Notes: a model not told the origin generated them from the sequence alone. 63,463 bases of DNA, filler included, from Squatina squatina (GCA_031763465.1; 3 parts of 3 records of this genome joined end to end with filler, not necessarily neighbours in it), one strand, 5' to 3'; positions 12,397 to 25,606 are shown, numbered from the whole stretch's first letter. A program made the numbers and translations.

Positions 12397-13475
12397 TTAT
12401 TTATTTCCATTGCTTCATAGGGCAAAAACACCTTGCTAAAGGCACCCATTATCTTCAGAATTGTATTCACATAGTTCTGAAGCCTTGTAGCTTCATTCCG
12501 TTCCATCAGTGCCATATAATGGAGGATGGCTATGAAAGAGTGAATTAGAAGGTGGTGTTCCAATCTTTCGCCTTTCAGATGAGATGTTAAATCTGCAATT
12601 TGTCTGCCTGCTTAAGTAAACTAAAATATAGCACTTTTTGAAAAGTTCTCCTGATGTCCTGGCCAACACTCTTAACCAACGTCATCATTCATCTCATTGT
12701 TGTTGGTAGGACATTGCAGTGGCCACTTGGTTTGCCAACAAATCAACACTTCAAAAATAATTAATTGATTGTGAAGTACTTGGGATATTCTGAGGGGACG
12801 AAGATTGCAGTATAAATGCAAGTTCTTCCTTTCATCCTGGGGCTCAGGTTCCATCGCAAACAACAAGAGCAGTCATTCCTTCAAAGAGCACGTCCTTGAA
12901 GTAAACAGTGCTGTTGTTAAATTGCAAATGTACCCCTGGCTTGACTGAAATAATTCAACAATGGCATATCAATATCTTTGACTGGAGAGAAAGATCCGCT
13001 GGCTGGATAATGTGANNNNNNNNNNNNNNNNNNNNNNNNNNNNNNNNNNNNNNNNNNNNNNNNNNNNNNNNNNNNNNNNNNNNNNNNNNNNNNNNNNNNN
13101 NNNNNNNNNNNNNNNCCTGTTTCTGCACTGTGTTATTTATGGTAAGTGTCCCTTTGCTTCAAGCAGATCAGGAACTGCTGTGTCTGTGCGGCAGGAAGAG
13201 GTCGCAGGTTAACTAAACAGTCGTTGCCAAGAGCAAGGCGGAAGCTTTCAGTCTGGGGGCCAGATCACACATACAGTCTTAACGACAGTAAACATCGGCA
13301 AAGATTTCCGGGAATGAGAAAGGGATGAAAGGCTTGGAATCCCTCCTGGCGGTGGCAAGCGAGATAATTAATCACTGACTTTCCAGCCTATAAATAAACA
13401 TAGGGGAGCTGGAATAGATTGGGGAAGAGGCTTTTGTCACAGGGTTTGGTATTCATTGCAGGATGCTAAAATTTT

Positions 13476-13850
13476 AGCTGTGTCTCAATAGGTAGCACTC
13501 TCTTACCTCCGAGTCAGAAGGTCTGAGCCCCACCCCAGGAGAGTTCAGTCCCATAATCTAGGCCGACACTCCAGTGCAGTACTGATTGGTGCATTTACGG
13601 AGGTACCGTTCTTCGCTGACATTAAACTGATGGCATGTCTCCCTGTTCTGGTGGAAGTAAAAGACCACATGACATTGAAGACTAGGGAGTTCTTTTGATG
13701 TCTTAACATTCCTTCCTCAACCAATGCCACTAAAAACAGATCAACCAGTCATGTGTCATTGCTGTTTGTAGGATTTTGGTTTGTGCTACATGATTTGTTT
13801 CTCTGCAATAAGAGCCATTGTACTTCAAAGTGATTAATTGTATGTGAATC
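13476..13850 (+). mobile_element. Deu-domain SINE, degraded copy
   Basis: Head GGTAGCACTCT...GAGTCAGAAGG...CACTCCAGTGCAGTACTGA followed by a Deu-like core. Confidence 0.65.
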
Positions 13851-13921
13851 ATCACTCCGTCAAAAAAATCTCCAATTCAGCCTAAACCAATTATACTCTA
13901 TCCAGTTCTCCCTCAACTTTC

Positions 13922-14165
13922 ATAGAATTTACAGCACAGGAGCGAGCCATTCAAGCCTAACAGTTCCATGCCAGTGTTTACACCTTACATGAGCCTCCTC
14001 CCACTCTACTTCATCTCACCCAATCAACATGTCCTCTCTATTCCTTTCTCCCTCATACTTATCTGGCTTCCCTTTAAAAGCACCAATGATATTTGCCTCA
14101 CCCACTCCATGTGGCAGTGAGTTCCACATTCTAACCACTCTCTGGGTAAAGATGTTTCTCCTGCT
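13922..14165 (-). mobile_element. CR1 LINE 3' end
   Basis: Reverse complement of the tail family seen at 40108-40509 (ATAGAATTTACAGCACAG...GTTCCACATTCTAACCACTCTCTGGGTAAAG). Confidence 0.8.
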
Positions 14166-15007
14166 TTGAACAGCGCCGGATGCACGCTTGAATCATTTTA
14201 GTGAGGCCCCCGTTTGAATTTAACTTGCCGGCTGGGACCACGTGGACAGGCGCGTGCAGAGTGCATCCTGCTCGTTGTGCGGCCATAATCGAAATCCTAG
14301 GCCCGTGTCCAATATCGACCAAGGTTGCCGAGCCTGTTTCCAGTGATTTATTTACCAGGAAACCCTGGCGGTATTACCATTTTCCACAGGCACCACTCTA
14401 GGTCCTTCAGAGCTTAGGCTGCTGAACTGGATCCAAACCTTGCAGCAACTCAGCCCTGCAGTGGAGACAGTTAGACTTCAGTTCAGTGAATGCTCTCTCT
14501 CGGCACAAAGGTAAAATTCAGATGCCACTGAATCGAAGGGCCTTTCGCTGAAAACGGTCTCCAGCAATGGTTAACCGCCATAGAGAAAAAAAATAAGATC
14601 GTTATCATTTTTCCTTGGAGGTTTTGTCAACCACAGTCTCCAGAAGTGAATGCCAGTGACTGAGGCTACTGTCTGCCTAATCTGTGCAACTTGGTCTCCA
14701 GAGACTTACTTTGTTTAAACAAGGAGTACTGGTTTAGTCTATTGGTGGACTATCTAACCCAGGAATAAATGAAGGTGTCATTTGACCTCTGAAAAAACAC
14801 ACAACTTAAACCAACCTAAACAAAAGTGCTGACGACATTTACAGCAATATTTGAAAAGACTTCAGTTTTTCCCTTGGCAGCTTCGCCTTTTGTGTGTAAG
14901 CTGTTATTTCACACAGGAGAAACAACCTCAGACAAATAGTCAAACATCTGCGGCATCATTGCTAAGCTCAACAGTCACGAACGATCTGGATAAGTGGATA
15001 AAAAGAT

Positions 15008-15228
15008 AGGGTGACCAGACGTCCCAGTATTGCCGGGACAGTCCCTCTTTTTTCCAGCAAACGTCCCGCTGTCCCAACAATTACCTGCATAATCGCTGAA
15101 ATGTCCCGGTTTCTAGTGATGGAGAATGGAGAACAGACTGCGCATGCGCAGTTTCAACGGAGCCCTGACTGTGCACGCGCAGACTTGGCGTGGTGCCTGA
15201 TTGCCTCGGTTTGAAAACCTTAACAGTT
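15008..15228 (+). mobile_element. hAT-like non-autonomous element, left end
   Basis: TAGGGTGACCAGACGTCCC terminus with GTCCC/GGGAC subterminal motifs and ACTGCGCATGCGCAGT, shared with 281-505. Confidence 0.6.
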
Positions 15229-16494
15229 NNNNNNNNNNNNNNNNNNNNNNNNNNNNNNNNNNNNNNNNNNNNNNNNNNNNNNNNNNNNNNNNNNNNNNNN
15301 NNNNNNNNNNNNNNNNNNNNNNNNNNNNAGGTAAACAAAAACAGAAAGTAAAAATTGTATGTTTAAAAAAAAATGATTTAATCAACTGCAGCATTGTAAG
15401 AACTGGCTGCGCTTTAAATAAACAAACACATTGCTTAGACAAAGAGAATTCTTATTAGAGTTGAAGTTGCATCCACATCTAAATTATGCCAATGGAAATT
15501 CTTTACGCCAATGAGCCACTGGAGTGAACAATTTGACAGGGTCTCCACGGGCAAATTCAGGACAAAGCACAAGCCTTGCCAGGACAACTCTGGCATGAAT
15601 CTGGTTTTATAAATCCCGTAAAATGCATTTGCTCCTATGAGTTAAGTGCTACTCCGTTACGCAGAAGAGTGCGTGGCCCAAATGTGGCGAAAGGGGACAT
15701 CGTTCTTCTAAGTTGCTTTCAGCTGAAGCACTTTGAGCTGGGCAGCTAATCCTTTTGTTAGTGAAGAGTTCAAAACTCTCAACAATCAAACTAAACAAAG
15801 ATTTATGCTTCGTCCTGGTTTTTATTAAACTATGTTTGAGGGTTTCATCTTTGACATTCTCCTGCCTATTTACAAAGCCTTGTGTAAAAATTATTTTGAA
15901 AAATTCAGTTTTAATGTTCTAAAGTATTTCCTGACCAGCAGCTAACCTCTGCAGCACTTCATTTTTAATGGGAATTTCAGGCATTATATAAACAGACTAA
16001 AAGCAAATCCAAAGGGATATTCGGAATGCTTTGCAATTGATCTTAAATGTAAAGTTTACAAGTAGACTGTCTCTTCAAATGCATTGCTTTAATACAGCAA
16101 AGGCCATGGCAGCTGTGAAGCTCATAAAGAGTACATTACCGATATCAAAGTAGATCCTAGATGTCAATACAAAACAGTTCTGTTGCATTTATGTTACACA
16201 GCATTGTTTCAGCTGGAAGTGGTTCTGTATGTCCTGGTTCCAAGTGCTGGAATCCAGCCCATTTACAATGCAGGTAGATCCCAAAGATGATCAGCAATCA
16301 ATCAGCATAGTTCATGACTTTCATTTTCTGGCTTTCCATCTTCTCCAATGGCCAGGGGAAGAACCATACAAGCCAGAAATGGGAAAGAAAATTGCTGACT
16401 GTTCATCCTGCATGCAACTGGCAGAAGATGGCAGCTTCTAGGATTATTCGGTTTCAGTCAGTTGGTAGCACTCTTACCTCTAAGTCAGAAGGTC

Positions 16495-16774
16495 AAAGGT
16501 TCTGGGGCAGGTGGGCCCTGTACAAGCCAGATGGGTTACACCTCAGCAGGACTGGGACCAATATCCTCGCTGGGGAATTTGCTAGCACTGTTGGAGTGGG
16601 TTGAAACTAACTTGGCAGGGGAACGGGAACCTGAGAGGAGATTCAGAAAGGAAGGAAACAAAGCTGGACGTAGAAGGCAGAAATGTAGTAAGTAAAATTG
16701 GAAGGCAGCGGAAACAAAGGCCAGCAGCAAATAAGGTCAAAAAACGGAATCATGTCAAAAAGGCAAAATTAAAG
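16495..16774 (+). mobile_element. CR1 LINE ORF1 C-terminus (esterase-like) and ORF1/ORF2 junction
   Basis: FWGRWALYKPDGLHLSRTGTNILAGEF carries the DGLHL motif of SGNH-esterase ORF1; an homologous junction lies at 59853-60170. Confidence 0.8.
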
Positions 16775-19393
16775 NNNNNNNNNNNNNNNNNNNNNNNNNN
16801 NNNNNNNNNNNNNNNNNNNNNNNNNNNNNNNNNNNNNNNNNNNNNNNNNNNNNNNNNNNNNNNNNNNNNNNNNNAATGTCATCTTACACCAAAAAGTTCG
16901 GAGAGAGAATCGCAATTACGAATTACTATCAACGCAGCGCAGAGTTCACCTTAAATGTTGGGAAGAGAACCACTGCACATACTGCAAGATTTTTAGCTCC
17001 ACATTTCAGTGATCCAAGTATTGTGTGAAATAGTTCAAACAATACAAGACCCAGTTGGCACTCACTTTATTTACCCTTCCCATTTGGTGACTCTTTTCCC
17101 CACCATGTTTTAATGTTATGTTCGACTTTCTTGTCAGTTTTCTCCACTCTATTTGTCAGAACACAAAGGCATATGTAAAACGGTACTTTCTCTTAGCTTA
17201 TGAACTATACCTAAAATAAGCTTTAATGCAATGTGGAGGAGGTCTTCTGCCCTCTACTGAAATACATCTAATTTAAACTGTTGACATCTTCATTGCAAGT
17301 AGGTCGCATATTTCTGTGCTGCTGTCAAAAGGCAGGGTTTTCCACCACAGTGTTTGCCAAAAGCTGAGGGGGCAGTCCACATCCCTTTAATTAGAGCTGA
17401 CTGCCGTGACATCATTGCACTGAAGCGTTTGCTTGAGCCCGCCCACTGGTATCAGTGGTGGTGGAGGGAGGCTCTGCNNNNNNNNNNNNNNNNNNNNNNN
17501 NNNNNNNNNNNNNNNNNNNNNNNNNNNNNNNNNNNNNNNNNNNNNNNNNNNNNNNNNNNNNNNNNNNNNNNNNNNNNNNNNNNNNNNNNNNNNNNNNNNN
17601 NNNNNNNNNNNNNNNNNNNNNNNNNNNNNNNNNNNNNNNNNNNNNNNNNNNNNNNNNNNNNNNNNNNNNNNNNNNNNNNNNNNNNNNNNNNNNNNNNNNN
17701 NNNNNNNNNNNNNNNNNNNAGATAGTCTGGTGTGTCAGTAAGCCACAACCCAGACAGTGTGCTAACTCACTGCCTTAATAGACTGCAAGAATTCTCTTAA
17801 CTCATTCTTTTTTTGGCAACATTTTTGCAGTAAATACTGAAGACCAATGGTGGTGTTAACACAAAGGACCTGTTAAGTGGCAATACGAGAGTTAGGAATA
17901 AAATATTACAAAAACTTTTTTTTTGGCATTTACTTCTTGGAACTGACACCTGGGCATCAAGTACTTGAAAGTCTTTGACAAGCGAGCCACAGTGATTTAC
18001 ACAGAGGAGAGCTTGGAGTCTCTGATAACAGTCACTCTGGTGAGATGCTACACTTCACACAGGCACTTTGTCCAGCTAAACAGCAGAGGCAAGAAAGTTA
18101 AAAGAGTAAGGACGGCAATACTGGCAACGTCAATCTGGTAAGAAAGTCTGTTTCAGTACCTCCTTCGACTTGCACAAAGAGTTTTNNNNNNNNNNAGAAG
18201 TAAACCAATTAAGGGCAGAATGTTTTTTTTGTTCAGCAAGCGTGGTAATTTCCATTACAAATCAAATTGAGCTGCACTAATATTTAAATCCAGACCCTTA
18301 ACGGTCTTCGATGCAGTGATCTTGAGAATTTCAGTAAAATGGAGTAACTTTTGTGGAAAAATATATATATATTTTTTTTAAATGTAAAATAATTAATAAT
18401 TCATTGTGTAACTTTGGGAGCACAGCTACTCTGTGATGGCTGAGGTTCCAAAATATTGCGAGAGTTCTTATTTACATCATAATCTTCATGTCTAATTTAT
18501 TGGCCAACAAAATTGGCACCTTCCCTTTGGGCTCATAAGATTGTATTTATATTGCAATCCTTACTGCAGACCTAAGAAGGAACTTTAACTAGTTTTTCAC
18601 ACTTTCTGCTTAAAAGTCTCAATTACACTACAATGATAGATATAAAGAGCCCAAATCTGATGGTCAACCTGAGCCGGGACAAAAACGTATTTGTTTCAGA
18701 AAGTCAATTGTTACTTATATTTCAANNNNNNNNNNNNNNNNNNNNNNNNNNNNNNNNNNNNAGAAAAATAAATGAGCTTCAAGTATAACAGACTCAGTTT
18801 AATGTTGCTGACATTTTCTTTTTTTTACATATTCCTTGAAGTACTCAATTGAGCTCTGCAAAGAATAAAATAAGCCCACATTGAACAAAGTCTGCAACAA
18901 CCAAGACAGGAGCCTATTTGTTTCAATATGTTTATAACTGGATTGAATAGAAAGAAAATTGCTTTATCAGGGTCTTAAAGAAAATAGAGATTTTTCTTTC
19001 AAAGGATAGGAAAAGTGCACTCCAAGCTCGCTCTGACTGATCAGCAGCTTGCCGGTGACAGCAGACTTTAATGAGGTGGCCTAGAATGCCAGGAATGCCC
19101 AGCTAGCTGATCACTCTCGGGATGCAATCTCTTGGGCTTGGCAGACTCTCCTGACAAAAGCCTCGGCTTTCGGGCTTTGAATGAAACAGAAGTTTCTTTC
19201 TCTACGGTCATTGTGTGCAGGGGAAGTGGGAGGAGGCGGGGGGGGGGGGGGGGGGGGGGTCGGGGGGCGGGGGGGGGGTGGGGGCGGGGGGTGNNNNNNN
19301 NNNNNNNNNNNNNNNNNNNNNNNNNNNNNNNNNNNNNNNNNNNNNNNNNNNNNNNNNNNNNNNNNNNNNNNNNNNNNNNNNNNNNNNNNNNNN

Positions 19394-20147
19394 CTGGTTG
19401 AGCTCACAGTGAGTATTGACAAAGTGGAGGAATTTCAGGCTAGTGAAGAAAATGATGAGCAGGAGTTCATCTTCACGAACCGATACAAACGTGCCACTGT
19501 GTCAATGGAGAACAAGTGCTCGTATACCTTCATTGTGCCCCAGCAGAAGGTTACAGGTGCTATTTGTGTGAACTCCAAACCTGAATCGGTACTCGAGAGC
19601 AGGGTCAATAAGCAAGAGCTGGAGGTGCTCAACAATGAACTTCTGAAACAGAAGAGACAGATCGAAAGCTTGCAGCAGCTGGTTGAGGTAGATGGTGGGG
19701 TTGTTAATGAAGTGAAACTTCTGCGGAAGGAGAGTAGGAACATGAACTCGCGAGTCACACAGCTGTACATGCAGCTCTTGCACGAGATTATTCGCAAGCG
19801 GGACAATGCACTCGAAGTCTCCCAGCTTGAGAACAAGATTCTCAACCAGACGGCAGAGATGATGCAGCTTTCGAACCGCTACAGGGACCTGGAGCACAAG
19901 TATCAGCACTTGGCTTCACTGGCAAATAACCAGACCTATCTTATTGCACAGCTGGAGGCAAGGTGCCAGCTGTTGCCAGTTGCCAAGCCCATGCAGCCAC
20001 CGCCACAGAAACGCAAAATCAACCTCATTACAACCAATGAGATCCAACGAGATCAGAACCATCAGGACAGACGCCAACTGGCACTGAACCTACTGCCAAC
20101 CATGCCTGCTGCTCCTTCTAACATGCCCCCTACAATTACACCGTCTG
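19394..20147 (+). CDS. ANGPTL2: ANGPTL2 large first coding exon (coiled-coil); 5' end lost in gap
   Basis: EFIFTNRYKR...KCSYTFIVPQQKVTGAICVNSK...VKLLRKESRNMNSRVTQLYMQLLHEIIRKRDNALE matches ANGPTL2; ends TCT G|gtaagt; antisense and nested in RALGPS1 as in other vertebrates. Confidence 0.95.
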
Positions 20148-21317
20148 GTAAGTGAACTGCAAAATGCATTGTGGAGTTTATTTGGAGTGACTTTTAAAGA
20201 CTGAATTTTGTGTGGAAGTACAGGTAACATGTCTTAGGAAAATGTAGACAAGCGTCAACACTGAAAAATGTAGAACAGAACATAATTAGTTTAATAATGA
20301 ATCGCAACTCAACTTTTGTCAAAGCTTAAAGCTCGAACTGCACAAAACAGCATCTACACAGACCACCACTACACATGATAAAATAATCCTATTAGTTCCG
20401 GTTAAATTACAAAGAAATTAAAGCTCAAATGTTCTTTCCTCTTGTGACGGGAGAGGGAATAAATATACCTAGGGCGGGAGCCAATGTATACTTTGCTATT
20501 CAAGGTGGGCACTCATATTTGGTTTCAACAATGGTTCCTTCTGCTCCGAGGTCACTACAGCATGAAGCTAGTAACAGAAGCAACAAGAGATGACAGATCA
20601 CCTTCCGGGCCAGCATTAGAAATCTACCTTAGAACACAGAGCACTGATTCTGGACAAAGTAGGAATGGCGATTAGTACACCAATTTGTTNNNNNNNNNNN
20701 NNNNNNNNNNNNNNNNNNNNNNNNNNNNNNNNNNNNNNNNNNNNNNNNNNNNNNNNNNNNNNNNNNNNNNNNNNNNNNNNNNNNNNNNNCCACACAGATT
20801 TAACAAATCCAACATTCCCTTCCCACACTATATGGGACATTAACCCAATTTATATATGACTAAGAGGTTTGGAAAGTATTAATATTAATTTTATCTGGTT
20901 CAGCCTTTTTTAAATATTTAAAAAATACAAGATGACTCAATGAATGTTTATGGATAGGAAAGGGTTACTGCACAATCATGCTTACTCAATACAAGGAACA
21001 AAGAGTAGACACATAAAAATGACAAAATTAAACCCCAGTCAGAACCCTACAGACTACACAGAGTTGTAAAATGTATTTAATATGAATGTATATCGAACAA
21101 GAATGAGAAACATTCATTGAAAATGTAACTGTAATGCCTCAAGGGCAGTCAGGGACCGATAACTGGCCATATGGCCTATCCTTGCAGTAGAACTAACGAA
21201 GAGTTTCTTTTGATTTTTGCTCTCGGCTTTCCCCGTAGACAAATTAAACGCAAGCACCGAGCAGTAAGCTGAATTCAAGTTACTTAAGCTTCATGTTTTT
21301 CCATCATTCTATCACAG

Positions 21318-21588
21318 CAAGGGTTTGTTAACATCGATGGGGAGTACTGGCTTGGTCTGGAAAATATTTATTGGTTTACAAACCAAGGAAATTACAAGCT
21401 GCGGATCACCATGGAGGATTGGCAAGGGCGCAAGGTGTTCGCTGAATATGCCAGTTTCAAGCTGGAGTCCGAGACTGACTACTACAAGCTTCGGGTGGGG
21501 CGCTACCACGGAAACGCTGGCGATTCCTTTACTTGGCACAATGGAAAACAGTTTACTACACTGGACAGAGACCGTGATGCATACACAG
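21318..21588 (+). CDS. ANGPTL2: ANGPTL2 fibrinogen-like domain exon (271 nt)
   Basis: cacag|CAA GGG TTT...ACA G|gtaat encodes QGFVNIDGEYWLGLENIYWFTNQGNYKL...WHNGKQFTTLDRDRDAYT. Confidence 0.95.
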
Positions 21589-23911
21589 GTAATGGCAAGT
21601 TCACTCACGGCCTCGCTCAAAACTGACTGTGGCACTTTCAATCTTTGTTTAAAATACGGCAAAAAAAGTTAGTATTTATTCACCCCATCTTTTATATCAC
21701 TGTGTAGATTTTCTGTGTTTCTGGACTCTCCTGGTGTTGGAATGAGGACTCATTGCACCATTTCCAACTCTTACTCATTCCTTTCCAGGGCCTCAAAACT
21801 ATGGAAGTGCTTACCATCCTCATTCTTACTTNNNNNNNNNNNNNNNNNNNNNNNNNNNNNNNNNNNNNNNNNNNNNNNNNNNNNNNNNNNNNNNNNNNNN
21901 NNNNNNNNNNNNNNNNNNNNNNNNNNNNNNNAGCTTGCATCTGTTCAAAGTAAAATTAGACAACTATTATTGGATACAACTGCGAGGACAGACTGGACGT
22001 ATCTGTGGTGTCTACAAGTCTCGAGATTTTCTTTGTTTTCTGTTGAACTAAGAAATGAAACCCCTTTTGTAACTGTTGAGACTGCACTCAAAGTTGTATG
22101 TAGTGATGGCAGACAGCATTGGAAAATCAAAGTCTGCTTTAGTTCAGAATTTAAAAGTGGTTCAAATAAAGTTCTTAGACACAGTCTGTCTAGAATCATA
22201 GGCTAGGTACGGCACAAAATTAATCATATGCAGCTTGCAAGCCCTCCTGTCAAAACCTCCACAAAGGGATTTAAGCACATGAAACAGCAAAGAATTTAGT
22301 TGCAGCCGTAACATAAAAATAGGAGTTCAGTTTTCCACTCATACCATTCATCAATTCTATTTTGTGACAGGAAGCTGAATCCACTTACAGTCAGATTACT
22401 GTTCCCATTCGGGGCCTAAATTTACCGTTTCCTTCCCTGTTACATGCACAAGTGGAGGGGCTGTAATGTGTGCAGAGAATAACTGCGAGACACAGACTGT
22501 AACTATGAATACTACTATTTTGGACACAGTCTCAAAAATAAAACCGATATGGAAGCAGCCTCCAACCCGTTCCTGCGCAAACAAGTATCATTATATTCAT
22601 AGTAGGTCTCATGTTTCCTACATTACAACAGTGACGACACTCCAAAAGCACTTCATTGACTGTAAACCACTTTGAGACATCCAGTGGTCGTGAAATGCAC
22701 GATATNNNNNNNNNNNNNNNNNNNNNNNNNNNNNNNNNNNNNNNNNNNNNNNNNNNNNNNNNNNNNNNNNNNNNNNNNNNNNNNNNNNNNNNNNNNNNNN
22801 NNNNNTATTCTCTCACACGGAACAAATGCATCAGTTAGTTGAACTTGGGAAGGCGGCCTGCAGAAAGGGGGTATCGGGATAATTTTGTAGACAAAAAAAA
22901 CCCACTCAACATTAAGCAGGTGCTAGTTAACAGCTCTAATACTCTCCATTAATCTTTCTGTCAGACAACCTATCGGCTACATTATACATTAAGATAGCAC
23001 ACATTTTACTATCGGGCACTGGATATATGCATTCTAATACTTAATCTGCTCTTTCAATTTTTGGCTCAAATGTAGACATCTATGCTTTAATAATTTGTGT
23101 TGGATTTTTTTTCCACTTCGTGTAATTCACTTCATTCATCTTAGTAGCTGTAACATGTGTTAGATAACACTGACTGCAAGATATTTTCCAGATGACATCA
23201 TAATTAAGTGCTTTTTCTTAAAATGTCCAACCTCAACACACTCCGGAGAGATGAATCACTTACCATGGAAAAGTGCATTTGTATTTTGTTCCATTTTTTA
23301 TGCACAGAGATGCTATTATTGCTGTTTCATGTGGGAATGCAAAAAAACTGACATTTTGCTGAGATTATGGGAAAAACACATTTAGAGCATAGGCAGTGTT
23401 CACATAACACTTAATTCCATAACATAAAAACAATATAAGTGCAACAAGATGCTCGTGAGTATTTGAGATGCTGCTTCTTCAGCTGACAGAAAATCCAATG
23501 TTTTATTGTTACTTATTCCCTCTGCACCAATCTTAACTGTATTTGCTTCACCTTGTCCCTCTTGACTGTAAACTTCATTTCTTTCCAAAAATGTTGGCAG
23601 CTTTCTCTACACATTTATCGACTCTCCTCTTTCAGTTTTCAATTGCCATTTCATTTTTAAGCTGTTGTTAAATCCTAGTTCCTGACTTCCCCTTACTGTC
23701 TCCACCACAGTTCCCCACAGACTCTTTCAGCTCCTGTCTCTGGATATTCTATAAACCGCTCACAAATGATACTAGCATTTAGCAGTCATTAAGTAGCTCA
23801 CCTTCAATGCCATTGTAAACTTACAGGCATCTGTATTCAAGCTGCCAAGCAAACATTAGAACCATCAGCTTCTTGGGAAAATGGAATGTTGTATGGTGAG
23901 CCATCACGGCG

Positions 23912-24011
23912 NNNNNNNNNNNNNNNNNNNNNNNNNNNNNNNNNNNNNNNNNNNNTTAATTAATTAANNNNNNNNNNNNNNNNNNNNNNNNNNNNNNNNN
24001 NNNNNNNNNNN
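23912..24011. other. Artificial scaffold-joining spacer
   Basis: Exactly 44 N + TTAATTAATTAA (stop codons in all six frames) + 44 N = 100 nt; identical to 50464-50563. Confidence 0.95.
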
Positions 24012-25606
24012 CAAATTTGTTGAAATTTTGGGTAAATTTAAATTTGCAAGCATTTATCGGTATCTGGATATTTTAGAACATAAGAATGGGATGAGAATGA
24101 TCGAATTCTGACAATCAAACTAAACAAAGCGTTTTTAAAGGTGTGGTGGTTACAATGTTGAACAGTTTTATGCCAATTTCAAAAGGAACAGAGCCACAAG
24201 AAAGATTGAGACACCAAATTTGTGAAGCATGTGTTACTAAGTTAACAGTGAGTACGATGGCGCCAAAACATACATTTCCCATTCTCACAACCTGAAGGTT
24301 AAAAACAGCTATTAACTGTTGAGTATAATCTTAGGGTTGAGAAATAACACTACATATACTTACATAAGTCGCTTCTCCAAACTAAGCAGGTAAAGATGGT
24401 AGAAAGAATTTACATGAGTACACACTCAACTTCTAAATCATCAGCAATTCCACTGTTTTGACTGAGATCAGTTTAAACTATTACTACTTGTGCAAGCATT
24501 GATTATCCTCAACAGCCATCTTGTGGCTAACACGAACACGGTCAACTCGTGAGCAGAACTGTAGGTGGACAGATCAATTAGAATGGAACAGCACAGTTCT
24601 TAAATTCAATTATGAAATCAGTTCCATGAACAATCCTCAAATATTTTTGAAGTTTAAAGAAAAACTTTACAAAATTGAAAATGTATACCATACCAGTACC
24701 ATATTAGAACATCGGGATTAGAGGCTGCGCCAAGAGCAGAGAAACAGATTAAAAATACCCCATACGTGACACTTTTCTTCCTGTAGACCTGGACTTAATT
24801 TACCAATTACCAAAAACACAATTCCCAATTAGCCATACCTTATTGGCCATCTGTGCTGCTAATGTTGTGCAAACTGGTGTAGATTTTTTGGGGGTCAGAA
24901 TACTACATAAAGAAATTACCCTCCGTGAATTAAAAGCAGTTTTGATTAGCCCTTATTTTCCCCCTGGTAAGTGATCATGGAAGGGAATAAAAATGGCACA
25001 AAGATTTGATTGACTCAAAGCTAACATTTTAACACACTAGATTGCAATATACCGAGCATGAGCCATTATCCGGTGAGTTAACGGAATACAGATGACTGCC
25101 AAACAGTCAGGATGGACACAAATACATTACACATTAACTGTATCTTTGTAACAATATGGGCAACAGCAGCAGAAATTTTCACCTCTGCCATCGAAGATCC
25201 GTTGCAATGTAGTGTGGATGTTGACCACTACAATTATCTTTTGATTCATATATTTTGGCCCTGTGTTAACAAAAGGAATTAAAAGACAAATTTGTATTGT
25301 ATAAAAATAAGCTGAAATAAATTAGGTCTATGAAATTCCACCCATCACAAATTTGCTCTGGTTAGGTGTGCACATACTGAAATAATGGCCTCAAACCAAT
25401 TCAGAATCCAGTATAAATTCATATCATGCACTGGATGTGAACACATTGCTACACATGGAAGCTACCCTCCCAAGTATTCCAGTCTAATTCCGGAGAAATT
25501 ATTTTTGAAGTACTTATGCTTGGTAATTGCAGTAGGTTTGCTGAAAACACATTAACATTTCAAAGTAGTTACTTAAGTGTTAGAAAGTTTAAAAAAGTGA
25601 ACATAC

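Noticed and set aside
19181-19393. Gly-rich N-terminus of the 324-aa ORF (MKQKFLSLRSL...GGGG)
   Set aside because: It runs through a poly-G tract and a 100-N gap; it is not the ANGPTL2 signal peptide, whose start is lost in the gap.
20148-23911. Missing ANGPTL2 middle and last exons; missing RALGPS1, RBM39, PNP, TRIB3 and RBCK1 exons elsewhere
   Set aside because: Explained by assembly gaps and block boundaries rather than gene truncation.
23956-23967. TTAATTAATTAA as a biological motif (homeodomain site or piggyBac target)
   Set aside because: It is centred in exactly 44+44 Ns and occurs twice in the same form, so it is a synthetic linker.
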